In this document: positions 18,198 to 26,836 of the stretch, piece by piece
Layout: every line of letters starts with the position of its first letter
Numbering within the stretch: position 1 is the first letter of the stretch
Program-made: the position numbers and the translations under genes
Assembly (NCBI RefSeq): GCF_000009705.1
Contig: NC_003272.1
Span: forward strand, 2,340,001-2,372,000
Direction of reading: 5' to 3'
Origin: Nostoc sp. PCC 7120 = FACHB-418
Lineage (GTDB): Bacteria; Cyanobacteriota; Cyanobacteriia; Cyanobacteriales; Nostocaceae
DNA: 32,000 nt
Notes under the pieces: model-generated
What the model was told of the DNA's origin: nothing
Seen by the model: the letters and a program-made list of their open reading frames with translations, nothing else
Database searches by the model: none

Positions 18198-21100
18198 CTA
18201 AAAATATAGGTCATTAATTGTTTCCATCGCCTCAGCAAGAGGCTGATAAAGTGCATTGCCCACGCTGTTTTCCTCGCTGGCATAGTCGCAAATTCGTAAT
18301 ATCATGGCGACGAGTAGGCTTGTTTGTTCAGTATCATTTTCATTCAGTTCAGGATTAGCTATTCTGGCAGCACTCTTAGGGGCCCAAGCAGCATCAACGA
18401 AATAAGCACGAAATGGCACACCGCCACGCAACAGACGACCAACGGCTTGAATGACTAACCCAGCAGTAGTTGCAGCCAAATCAAATCTTGGATAAGCAAG
18501 TAATTCCTTATCATCACGTAGAGTTTTATAGTATGAGCGCTGTTCAACCGATCGCCAATAACGCGCTGCTAGTTGCCGCACTTTTTCTGCACGTTGAACG
18601 ACTCCATCTCCCTGTAACCAGGCTGTAAAGGCATCTTTATCCACCCAGTCTAAAGCGCGTCGATTCATTTCTTGGGCGATCGCTTGTGTATCATGGGGAT
18701 GGGGATAGGGACGAGTTAGAAAGTAAACGCTACCAAATGCGGCTTTACCATTGCCATTCAAAATATTGAAGCCACGCCCCATCGCACTCATCGGCGCAAC
18801 TAAAATTCTGCCGTTGGTTTGCCCGAAAGTTTCAATATCTGCACGATTGAGCGCACCTTTGTCAGTTGGTTGTAGAAGTCGGTCTATTTCATCAAAGTCA
18901 TTCTCTGTGTATGTATCTGTATTATCAGGGACTAAATGATAAACAGAGTCCTGCATACTTGACCAGCAATTACCAATTTCCTTGGCTACCCAACGGGCTT
19001 GATCATAGGAGTTGACTAATAATAAAATACGATCGCGATCGCGCCAGTGGTAATTTGCATCATCACCAAGATGTCTCAATTCCTTAAGTTCTTGACCTAG
19101 ATGACCTGTACCGTTACTACCAATAAGCGATCGCGCTATTTCTTGAAATAAGCCCATTTTTTTTCGTTCAGCGCTACCGGAAATACGCAGGGGTTGGTTC
19201 TTTTGGTTGAATTGAGGCAGAAACTTGAAGTAACTTTGAGCGATCGCTTTTATTGCCTCTTGTTCCGGCATTAAAATACCCTGCGGATTACCAACGTGAA
19301 AGCTAGTAGAATGTGGTAAATATGATGTTCCAGAAAGTGCCAGCACATTAGGCCCGCGTTGTCCATTAAAGTCTGTTAGTAAATGATGAAAGTTAAGAAT
19401 ATAGCAACGTCCAATATTTGTATAAGCAAACAATGTTAGGGCATTATTACTACGATTCTTGGATTTTTTATCGCTCTCATTGTCTTTAGAGTAATATGTG
19501 CCGAATTGTCGTCCTGTAAGGGGTAGCGGCAAAATATTCAACATCGCCGTCGGCATACGCTGATGGGGTGAATCATCGGTAATTGATTGGGGCCGATTTT
19601 GCCACTCATAGAAGACAATGCGCGTGTGTCTATCCAAAAGAGCGATCGTCAGCGCGAATTGTAGGCGATAAGCCAAAGTTTCTATAGTATCTACCTCATT
19701 CTCATTGCTTGATTGTGGCGAACTGTGCTGACGATTCTCTAATTCTGTTCGCAACCGTTCTAAACGCCTTTGTGTATTCGGAAAAAATTCCAGAATCCAA
19801 GCTCTGCAAGCTATGTATATTTTGTCATCTAATGCGCTTTCACCAGTGCTGTTAATTTCCTGCATAAGCGCTGCCAGACGATACACTGGATTTTGACTTG
19901 GGTTTTCAGGAGAATCCATCCGTAAAGGATCTTCCTCGTTGAGTAGTGCATCAAAATAACGCACAATTGGCTTTATCAGTCGAGCATTGGCTTGCGAATG
20001 GGCTTCTGGGGTTTCTGGAGATTCAAATTCTTCTAATCCCGCCAGACGACGGGCAAATTTAAACAGCAGAGTGTTGGGTGTAAAGTAACCGCGTTTAATC
20101 CAATCTCGTAGAATCTGATGTCCAAAATGTTTATCAAGTAGCGTTAGTGTGGCTGTAATTGCTTTTTGGGCATCACGTTCTGCACCAGTCCATCTCTGAG
20201 TTAACGGGGGCATCACACGGTTAGTTGTGGAAAATTGTTCTGTTTTCACGCCAATATCATCAAAAACCCCGTTTTTACCACCATCAGTAAGCACCACCTC
20301 CTCAGCGTAGGTGTCATCAAACCACTTAATAACCGTCTCTACTTCATCAAAAACAACAAAATCTGATTGTTCGTAGACGAGTTCACCTATTTTCATAGGA
20401 CGCAACTCTAGATGGCGTGGTAATCCTGCCATTGCCATTGCGCCTGGAGTTGTAATCCAAACACGGGCATTTGGCATATCATGATAAACCTGTTGGGATG
20501 GACATTTGGCAAAGAATGGACACAAATAAAATGAACCTCTGCTTTTACTTCGTCTGGCGCGTAGGCGTAGCCCGTCGTAGACATCGCTTGCAGGCATTTT
20601 TTGCAGAGAGTAACAAGGTTCTGTTCCTGGTTTGAGGGGTTTGTTATTTAAAAATTCCTGAAAGGAACGCTTATTAATCTGACCCTGTAGAGGACAAGCT
20701 GTGCCTAACCAACGTTCACCCCAGTGAGGCTGTCCACGTTGCTGATGTTCAAGATAATCCTTCGACGTAGAGAAACTCCGCAGGTGTGCATCCCGTTTAC
20801 TGCGCCCCAAGATTGGTACTGCTATCGGCTCATCATTCTCTGGGTCGTCACAGAACCACCAATTGATTTGGTTAGCTAATTTAATCGCTGATTGCACATC
20901 ACTAACGACTAAGGTGATGCGGCGATCGCCATGATGTCGCACAATATTTACAGTCAGCAATTGCGAAAAGGTGGTCTTTCCAGAGGCAACCATACCAGCA
21001 ATGTTTGTGAAGCCATCTAACTCTAGAATCCGCTCCTCTTGCTGAAGCAGTGTGGCATTTTCCTGTACTCTGTGGAAATTAATTTTGCGGAAGCGATTTA

Positions 21101-21827
21101 CCCAATGTCCTTTGGCGGTTTCATCCCACCCATATTGTCGGGTTAACGCTTCCTCTCGTTCATCAATCCAGGCTGCATCTTGCTCTAAATCTGAAATGCG
21201 GAGGGAAAAAGAACTGCGAGAACGAGATGTGGCAAACCAGGGTAAGTGCTGTATCTGTGCATTACGTACCTGTTGCTGGGTAAATTTGATTGGGACTATA
21301 ACTGTCTGTTCTCCTGTCTTCGCCTCGAATTGATAAGCAACGTCAAGCTCTACTTGCTGAACTTTACGAAGCCGGAAATTCAAATTGGCTATTAAACACC
21401 GTTCATATACATCTTGATTTGCTGGATGTCTGAGGTTTTTAGCAGCATGAATAATATAGATATCCCAATTTTGCGGTGTGAAATCTCCGTAGTTACGCCA
21501 ATCTAAAGGAATCTTCAGATAAGAACGCAAGGCAGCTAACCAAGCGAAGCGGGCAGAAAATGGAGCAATTTGACGAGCGTTGGCGATCGCTTTTCTTGCC
21601 ATCTCATCTAAGTTTTGTAAACGCGGATGTCTTAAGGGCATCCCACTCAAAACCGCCCAAGGTGCAGTAACTGGCTCATCATCGAGTCCCAAACGCTCCA
21701 TCAGCACAAAGCAAAGCTCTACCTGAAGTAGCAATTCAGCCTGAATACGCTCCAAGCCTTCATCCTTCAACTGTTCGAGGCGGTCTATAAACTCTCTTGG
21801 TAGCTCAAATAAGGTCTTCTGGCTCAT
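18198..21827 (-). CDS. Large SF2 (DinG/XPD-like) helicase of the pPIWI-RE three-gene island, with a ~270-aa N-terminal extension
   Basis: 1209 aa. Walker A AGMVASGKTT (20970-20999). Walker B VVFDEVE (20337-20357). Four Cys between them (aa 378, 405, 436, 442). C-terminal motif VI-like QAVGRLLRGG. The start overlaps the upstream stop (ATGA at 21824-21827). Confidence 0.75.
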   Translation of the reverse strand: MSQKTLFELPREFIDRLEQLKDEGLERIQAELLLQVELCFVLMERLGLDDEPVTAPWAVLSGMPLRHPRLQNLDEMARKAIANARQIAPFSARFAWLAALRSYLKIPLDWRNYGDFTPQNWDIYIIHAAKNLRHPANQDVYERCLIANLNFRLRKVQQVELDVAYQFEAKTGEQTVIVPIKFTQQQVRNAQIQHLPWFATSRSRSSFSLRISDLEQDAAWIDEREEALTRQYGWDETAKGHWVNRFRKINFHRVQENATLLQQEERILELDGFTNIAGMVASGKTTFSQLLTVNIVRHHGDRRITLVVSDVQSAIKLANQINWWFCDDPENDEPIAVPILGRSKRDAHLRSFSTSKDYLEHQQRGQPHWGERWLGTACPLQGQINKRSFQEFLNNKPLKPGTEPCYSLQKMPASDVYDGLRLRARRSKSRGSFYLCPFFAKCPSQQVYHDMPNARVWITTPGAMAMAGLPRHLELRPMKIGELVYEQSDFVVFDEVETVIKWFDDTYAEEVVLTDGGKNGVFDDIGVKTEQFSTTNRVMPPLTQRWTGAERDAQKAITATLTLLDKHFGHQILRDWIKRGYFTPNTLLFKFARRLAGLEEFESPETPEAHSQANARLIKPIVRYFDALLNEEDPLRMDSPENPSQNPVYRLAALMQEINSTGESALDDKIYIACRAWILEFFPNTQRRLERLRTELENRQHSSPQSSNENEVDTIETLAYRLQFALTIALLDRHTRIVFYEWQNRPQSITDDSPHQRMPTAMLNILPLPLTGRQFGTYYSKDNESDKKSKNRSNNALTLFAYTNIGRCYILNFHHLLTDFNGQRGPNVLALSGTSYLPHSTSFHVGNPQGILMPEQEAIKAIAQSYFKFLPQFNQKNQPLRISGSAERKKMGLFQEIARSLIGSNGTGHLGQELKELRHLGDDANYHWRDRDRILLLVNSYDQARWVAKEIGNCWSSMQDSVYHLVPDNTDTYTENDFDEIDRLLQPTDKGALNRADIETFGQTNGRILVAPMSAMGRGFNILNGNGKAAFGSVYFLTRPYPHPHDTQAIAQEMNRRALDWVDKDAFTAWLQGDGVVQRAEKVRQLAARYWRSVEQRSYYKTLRDDKELLAYPRFDLAATTAGLVIQAVGRLLRGGVPFRAYFVDAAWAPKSAARIANPELNENDTEQTSLLVAMILRICDYASEENSVGNALYQPLAEAMETINDLYF

Positions 21828-22966
21828 TGGCTATTCCCCTCCAGCAAGCTTTCAATTTTATTAATCACTCGTTTCTCAAAAACAGCATCACTCAAAAGAT
21901 GAATACTGCTTGGCAGTTTTGCCGCCTGCTCCCGAAGAATTTCTAGATAATTCTGTGTTTGTTGCAAACGTTCGATAGGAATGACATAAAAACTTTCGTG
22001 ATAACGTAAATCTCCCTCGCTGAATAGAGGTGTTAACTTCGGTGCTAACTTGTAGGGACTTTGATAATCCTTAATATCTACAGCCCAGGTTGTTTGGTCA
22101 CAGAAGCACAGTTGTAAGTCATAGCGATCAATGCCAGGGTAAAGATGAATGGCGCAAAGCTGTTGTGGGAATTTACTTTGTAGTTCTGCCAAAATCTCAA
22201 ATAACCGTATTTCCGGTATTCCTGGTAAACAGATACGCAAGTGAATCCCAAACTTCAAGCGACACAACCCATGTTGCCATGTAATCTTTTTCACATAAGG
22301 CAGACTTTGCCGATGGTCGTTGCAAACACTAGGTTTAATACCACGTAGCTTGCCATACTTTTTAAACAAAGGGCCGCAGCGATCGCAATTCCAGGAAGGC
22401 TCTTCTATTTCACACTCATCATAGAGTTCTCCAACTTCTTGGATGTGAATATATTTTGTTTTCAAAAATACTTTGCGGATATGTGCCTTAGTTGTGTATC
22501 GATTCTCAATCAGAAATCGACGCAGTAAAACATATTCCCTTTGCACACTTTCAGGATTACTATCGTTGTTATATAACTCTTGTAAACGTGCCAAAATTCT
22601 TTGAAATTGGAGATTTTCTATAGCAATCTGCTGAGTTGTAGCAGTTGCGGACTCTGATAATTTTGTCCGCTCAAGCAGTTCTTCATAAAAGTATCGATTT
22701 GCTTCTTCACTAAGTCCTCCTTCGTAAAGTAAGCCAAAATCTGAGTCAAATTCTTTTGGTATGAAGCGCCTTGGATACCAAGTTTTCACAGGTTTTTCCA
22801 GTAGAACTAAAAGACCATTCAGAGTACGCGGATATGGTACAGCAGTTAACTCTAGTGCTAGTTTATTCAGACCATGACGTAGTAGTTCTGGATATGGATA
22901 CTTGCCATCTCGGCGGACAAACTCTGCTAAACCAATAACAAGACTGTTAAATTCGCTAATTTCCAT
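21824..22966 (-). CDS. PD-(D/E)xK restriction-endonuclease-fold protein with Zn-ribbon, first gene of the pPIWI-RE island
   Basis: 380 aa. CDRC...CNDH putative Zn-ribbon (aa 194-218). Nuclease core PGID(280)...x16...VD(297)IK(299), at 22070-22129, preceded by an acidic helix (PEIRLFE). Translationally coupled to the helicase gene. Confidence 0.7.
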   Translation of the reverse strand: MEISEFNSLVIGLAEFVRRDGKYPYPELLRHGLNKLALELTAVPYPRTLNGLLVLLEKPVKTWYPRRFIPKEFDSDFGLLYEGGLSEEANRYFYEELLERTKLSESATATTQQIAIENLQFQRILARLQELYNNDSNPESVQREYVLLRRFLIENRYTTKAHIRKVFLKTKYIHIQEVGELYDECEIEEPSWNCDRCGPLFKKYGKLRGIKPSVCNDHRQSLPYVKKITWQHGLCRLKFGIHLRICLPGIPEIRLFEILAELQSKFPQQLCAIHLYPGIDRYDLQLCFCDQTTWAVDIKDYQSPYKLAPKLTPLFSEGDLRYHESFYVIPIERLQQTQNYLEILREQAAKLPSSIHLLSDAVFEKRVINKIESLLEGNSQ

Positions 22967-23030
22967 AAGCGATCATCCTTCTTTGAGAGGATTTACTCAG
23001 CACCACGCTTTTTTCATTCATGATACATTT

Positions 23031-23069
23031 GTTGCACATACCATACAGGATTATTTATGGTGTGTCAAC
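23031..23069. promoter_or_regulatory. Candidate operator palindrome in the divergent promoter region between the nuclease operon and the XRE gene
   Basis: GTTGCACATACCATA (23031-23045), an 10-nt spacer, then TATGGTGTGTCAAC (23056-23069). The core ACCATA/TATGGT is perfect, and the extended arms match 9 of 11. GGAG sits 5 nt upstream of the XRE ATG at 23110. Confidence 0.4.
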
Positions 23070-23109
23070 TAAGAAACGATTGATTTTTACGTGACGCAAG
23101 GATAGGAGA

Positions 23110-23475
23110 ATGGGAAGTTATCTAGATATAGAACGCTTGGCGAGCCTAGTTCGCAAAAAGCGAGGTAGTAGAGGGTTGCGAGAAACTTCGGTAGAAATTG
23201 GGAATGTAAGTCCATCTACTCTATCAAGGGTAGAGAGCGGTAGAATGCCGGACATGGAAACATTTTTAGCGCTTTGTAACTGGCTACAAGTACCACCTGC
23301 GGAGTTATTTAGAACTACGGAGGAGGATCAACCAGATACGCCTGAAGCGATCGCAATTCAATTACGAGCCGACAAAAAACTTGATCCAGCGATCGCCAAT
23401 GCTTTAGCGTCCTTAGTCAAAGCAGCCTATCGAGACCTTTCGCAACAAGATGACGAATTGAAGCAAGACCCATAA
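23110..23475 (+). CDS. XRE-family helix-turn-helix transcriptional regulator
   Basis: 121 aa. Typical HTH_3 pattern (LVRKKRGSRGLRETSVEIGNVSPSTLSRVESGRMPDMETFLALCNWLQVPPAELF) followed by an acidic tail. Confidence 0.85.
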   Translation: MGSYLDIERLASLVRKKRGSRGLRETSVEIGNVSPSTLSRVESGRMPDMETFLALCNWLQVPPAELFRTTEEDQPDTPEAIAIQLRADKKLDPAIANALASLVKAAYRDLSQQDDELKQDP

Positions 23476-23477
23476 CT

Positions 23478-24023
23478 ATGTCATTAATTGAAAAACTGTC
23501 GACAGACTTTAGACAACGCTGTGAGGTAATCACTACTGAACAACGCAGCTTAATTCAATTGAAAGCTTTTGAGCGATTGCCAGCAAACACCCTAGCCGCT
23601 AAATTAGGGGCAACAGTCTTGACACCTGATCAGTTTCCCAATTTACCAGCAGAGCAAGTACAAAGATTACTTGCCAGTGATGAGTGGTCAGGAGCAATTG
23701 TATGCGATCGCCCCCTAATAATTGTTTATAATCCCCTTCACGCAGATACAAGATACGAATCAAATGTGATGCACGAAATAGCTCATGTATTGTTAAATCA
23801 TAAGCGGGTTGGTTTCGATCCATTAACAGGGCTACCAAAACGTCAACAAATTAACGAAGATGAAGCCACTTATTTAGGAGGATGCCTGCAAATTCCCAAA
23901 CGTGGTTTACTATGGGCAACACAAAGAAAAATGCTCTTATCTGAGATTGCGGTATATTTTGGTGCTAGTGAAGCTATGGTACAGTTTCGCAGTAATGTAA
24001 CTAACGTACCTGTAAGATACTAA
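23478..24023 (+). CDS. ImmA/IrrE-family (COG2856) zinc metallopeptidase
   Basis: 181 aa. HEIAHVLLNH (HExxH) in the position typical of ImmA/IrrE. The start is 2 nt after the XRE stop, so the two genes form an operon. Confidence 0.8.
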   Translation: MSLIEKLSTDFRQRCEVITTEQRSLIQLKAFERLPANTLAAKLGATVLTPDQFPNLPAEQVQRLLASDEWSGAIVCDRPLIIVYNPLHADTRYESNVMHEIAHVLLNHKRVGFDPLTGLPKRQQINEDEATYLGGCLQIPKRGLLWATQRKMLLSEIAVYFGASEAMVQFRSNVTNVPVRY

Positions 24024-24225
24024 GGTTCTATCAAATACAAACTATTATCTGCTTGCCATTGTGATTGAGAGATGGCGTAGTAAGCTAGCTTTTGATACTT
24101 CATGGCTATTTTCTCAATTACTCGTCTTGATGCTATGTTTTCTGGAAGAGCGATCGCTACTATTTTCGAGAGTCACCTAGAGTAAAGCATCTGAGTCTTA
24201 ATCTTACGGTTTCTATCTCAGGCAT
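24020..24225 (-). pseudogene. Remnant of a RimJ/RimL-type GNAT N-acetyltransferase with a large internal deletion
   Basis: My translation gives ATG 24225 -> MPEIETVRLRLRCFTLGDSRK*, a classic GNAT N-terminus. A second frame (24172-24020) reads LSKIVAIALPENIASRRVIEKIAMKYQKLAYYAISQSQW..., a classic GNAT C-terminus. About 110 central residues are missing. Confidence 0.55.
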
Positions 24226-24322
24226 TGCATCACAACGAAAGCGCACTTTACCTTCAGACAGGTGTTTTTCTAATCAAACAATTTACACACAGTCTATTAA
24301 AAATTAATATAATGCTCCTACT

Positions 24323-26203
24323 ATGAGCATCTACCAACTTTCCCAAAAATCTTACAAACGAAACCGTTGGCGTAACAATGACTGGCGGCTGTTTTCCCGT
24401 TTGGTTCCTTACGCCCGGCGTAATACTAAACTCCTAATTCTGGCAATGGTACTGCTATTACCACTTGCTTTGGCTAATGCCGTACAACCCTTGTTAATTG
24501 GACAAGCTGTATCCTTAATTCGTAAGGAATCTAGCGCATACGAGTTTTTGAGAAATCGCCCCTTGTCCCAAGGGCTACATATAATTGAGGGAGTCTTACT
24601 CTTTACAATTGTTGTTCGTTTAGCGTTGACGGGTTACCAAGGCTATTTGTTACAGAAGTTAGGGCAAAAAATTACAGCCGCTATTCGCCAAGACTTATTT
24701 CATCATGTAACTTCTCTGGCAGTCCGTTTCTTCGACCGTACACCCGTTGGTAAACTAATTACCCGACTCACCAGTGATGTAGAAGTATTGGGAGACGTAT
24801 TTTCCACTGGTGCTATTGGCATCGTCTCTGACGTAGTTTTGATGGTGGTCATTACTGGTTTAATGTTTTCTATCCAGTGGCAACTTGCTTCTTTGCTCCT
24901 GGTGATGTTGTTACCAGTTACTTGGTTAATTATTTACTTCCAACAAGAGTACCGCAAAGCTAATTACAAAGCGAGGGAAGAACTCTCTTTATTGAATTCC
25001 CAGCTACAAGAGAATGTTTTGGGGATTAACGTAGTCCAGTTATTCCGCCGGGAAAAGTTTAATGCTGAGTTATTTCGGACTACTAACCAACGCTATACCA
25101 AACAGGTAGATCAAACTATCTTTTTTGATTCGGCTGTTTCCGCAACTCTGGAATGGATTGGCTTAATTGCGATCGCTGGTGTATTGTGGGTGGGTGGATG
25201 GTTACTTTCAGACAATCAAGTTGATTTTGGGACTTTATCGACCTTTATTTTATACGCCCAACGCTTATTCGACCCTTTACGAGATTTTGCGGAAAAATTC
25301 ACCGTGATTCAATCTGGATTTACGGCCATTGAACGGGTTAGCGACATTTTAGATGAACCGATAGAAATAAGCGATCGCTCCAACTCTCGTTTTTCCGTTT
25401 TTGATGCTAAATTTGGTTACATTGATGAAATTGTGGCTGATTTGGAATCTCAAAATATCAGCGACACTCCAAACATGGGAGAAATACGTTTTGAACACGT
25501 TTGGTTTGCCTATAAAGACGATGATTACGTCATCAAAGACTTAGACTTTATTATTCGTCCTGGCGAAAAAGTTGCATTAGTAGGGCCTACTGGCGCAGGT
25601 AAAAGTTCTATCATCCGTCTTTTATGTCGTCTCTACGAACCCACCCAAGGACGTATCTTAGTCGATGGAATTGATATCCGCGAGTTACCTCAAGCAGAAT
25701 TACGCCGTTATATGGCGGTAATTTTACAAGAGGGTTTTTTATTTGCTGGTAATGTCAAAAGCAACATTACTTTAGGTGATTACTATACTTTTGAGGAAAT
25801 TCAAGCAGCCGCACAACAAACAAATATTGCCGAATTTATCGAAGAACTACCCTTAGGTTACGATACTAAATTGCGAGAACGGGGTACAAATCTTTCTAGT
25901 GGACAAAAGCAACTGTTAGCTTTTGCTCGTGCAGCTATTCGCAATCCTCAAATTTTGGTTCTAGATGAAGCCACTGCAAGTCTCGATGTTGGTACAGAAG
26001 CCTTAGTGCAGGAAGCATTAAACGAATTATTAATTGGGCGAACTGCCATCATTATTGCCCACCGCCTGTCTACAATTCGCAACGTAGATAGAATTTTTGT
26101 GTTAAAACGTGGTGAATTAGTGGAACAAGGTAGCCATGAGGAACTGTTAAATTCAGGAGGGCTTTATTCTACTCTGCATAATCTCCAAATGCTGGGAACC
26201 TAG
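24323..26203 (+). CDS. ABC exporter, fused permease + ATPase (MsbA/MdlB-like)
   Basis: 626 aa. N-terminal 6-TM-type domain. Walker A GPTGAGKSS, signature LSSGQKQ, Walker B ILVLDEATASLD, H-loop IIIAHRL. Confidence 0.92.
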   Translation: MSIYQLSQKSYKRNRWRNNDWRLFSRLVPYARRNTKLLILAMVLLLPLALANAVQPLLIGQAVSLIRKESSAYEFLRNRPLSQGLHIIEGVLLFTIVVRLALTGYQGYLLQKLGQKITAAIRQDLFHHVTSLAVRFFDRTPVGKLITRLTSDVEVLGDVFSTGAIGIVSDVVLMVVITGLMFSIQWQLASLLLVMLLPVTWLIIYFQQEYRKANYKAREELSLLNSQLQENVLGINVVQLFRREKFNAELFRTTNQRYTKQVDQTIFFDSAVSATLEWIGLIAIAGVLWVGGWLLSDNQVDFGTLSTFILYAQRLFDPLRDFAEKFTVIQSGFTAIERVSDILDEPIEISDRSNSRFSVFDAKFGYIDEIVADLESQNISDTPNMGEIRFEHVWFAYKDDDYVIKDLDFIIRPGEKVALVGPTGAGKSSIIRLLCRLYEPTQGRILVDGIDIRELPQAELRRYMAVILQEGFLFAGNVKSNITLGDYYTFEEIQAAAQQTNIAEFIEELPLGYDTKLRERGTNLSSGQKQLLAFARAAIRNPQILVLDEATASLDVGTEALVQEALNELLIGRTAIIIAHRLSTIRNVDRIFVLKRGELVEQGSHEELLNSGGLYSTLHNLQMLGT

Positions 26204-26303
26204 TTGATGAGTTATCCAAAAAAAGGTAGCTCTAATATCTCATATGGTTACATATCAAAATCATTTGCTAAAGATCAAATATTAGTATCTAAGGTTTTTC
26301 AGG

Positions 26304-26822
26304 ATGAATATAATTTCATTTAGGCTTTTAATCCTGGGTGCTGGTATTACTCTAGTACCTCTGTTATCCAGCTTAAGTACCTCTGCACAAAATCCATCAC
26401 AAAATATTGAGCTAAAAGTTTATAGCGAAAATGAACAAAAACAAAGTTGTCCAGACAAAGTTTCGGTTACTGAAAAACCCCGACCTTATCAAGAAGGTAG
26501 TTTTACAACGGATGGCTCTGTTAACTTGAGTGCCTACGCTAGTAACATTTCAGTGCTTACTAGCAATAACTTTAGCGTTACATGGGTGGGAAAATTGAAG
26601 CCGAGATATACCAAATGCTCGGCATCTGCTGGGATGTCCAAGTTTGATGGACAAGACTACTCTGGAAACATTAATTATTTACGAATGCACTTTGTTAAAG
26701 GCAAAGTTTACTTTATCTTAGATTTGGCAGGTGGTTCTGATCCTAATAATTATCCCCTAGTGGTGCTAAAAAATAGTTTAAAAAATGGCAATCCAGCTTG
26801 GTCTTGGGGTGGCTCTGATTAG
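26304..26822 (+). CDS. Secreted hypothetical protein
   Basis: 172 aa. Signal peptide MNIISFRLLILGAGITLVPLLSSLSTSAQ. AT-rich gene. No family recognised. Confidence 0.55.
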   Translation: MNIISFRLLILGAGITLVPLLSSLSTSAQNPSQNIELKVYSENEQKQSCPDKVSVTEKPRPYQEGSFTTDGSVNLSAYASNISVLTSNNFSVTWVGKLKPRYTKCSASAGMSKFDGQDYSGNINYLRMHFVKGKVYFILDLAGGSDPNNYPLVVLKNSLKNGNPAWSWGGSD

Positions 26823-26836
26823 CATCAAGTAAATCA

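Noticed and set aside
17817-22284. Plus-strand ORFs inside the island genes (17817-18065, 18751-18939, 21052-21333, 22090-22284)
   Set aside because: They are antisense to long, motif-bearing minus-strand genes. They are short, have no start or RBS context, and have shadow-frame compositions.
203-22966. Idea that the TIR protein at the left edge is functionally part of the PIWI-RE island (as in TIR-associated short pAgo systems)
   Set aside because: The two are about 13 kb apart. They are separated by housekeeping genes (lplA-like, clpC, hisG) and a signalling cassette, so there is no operonic or positional link.
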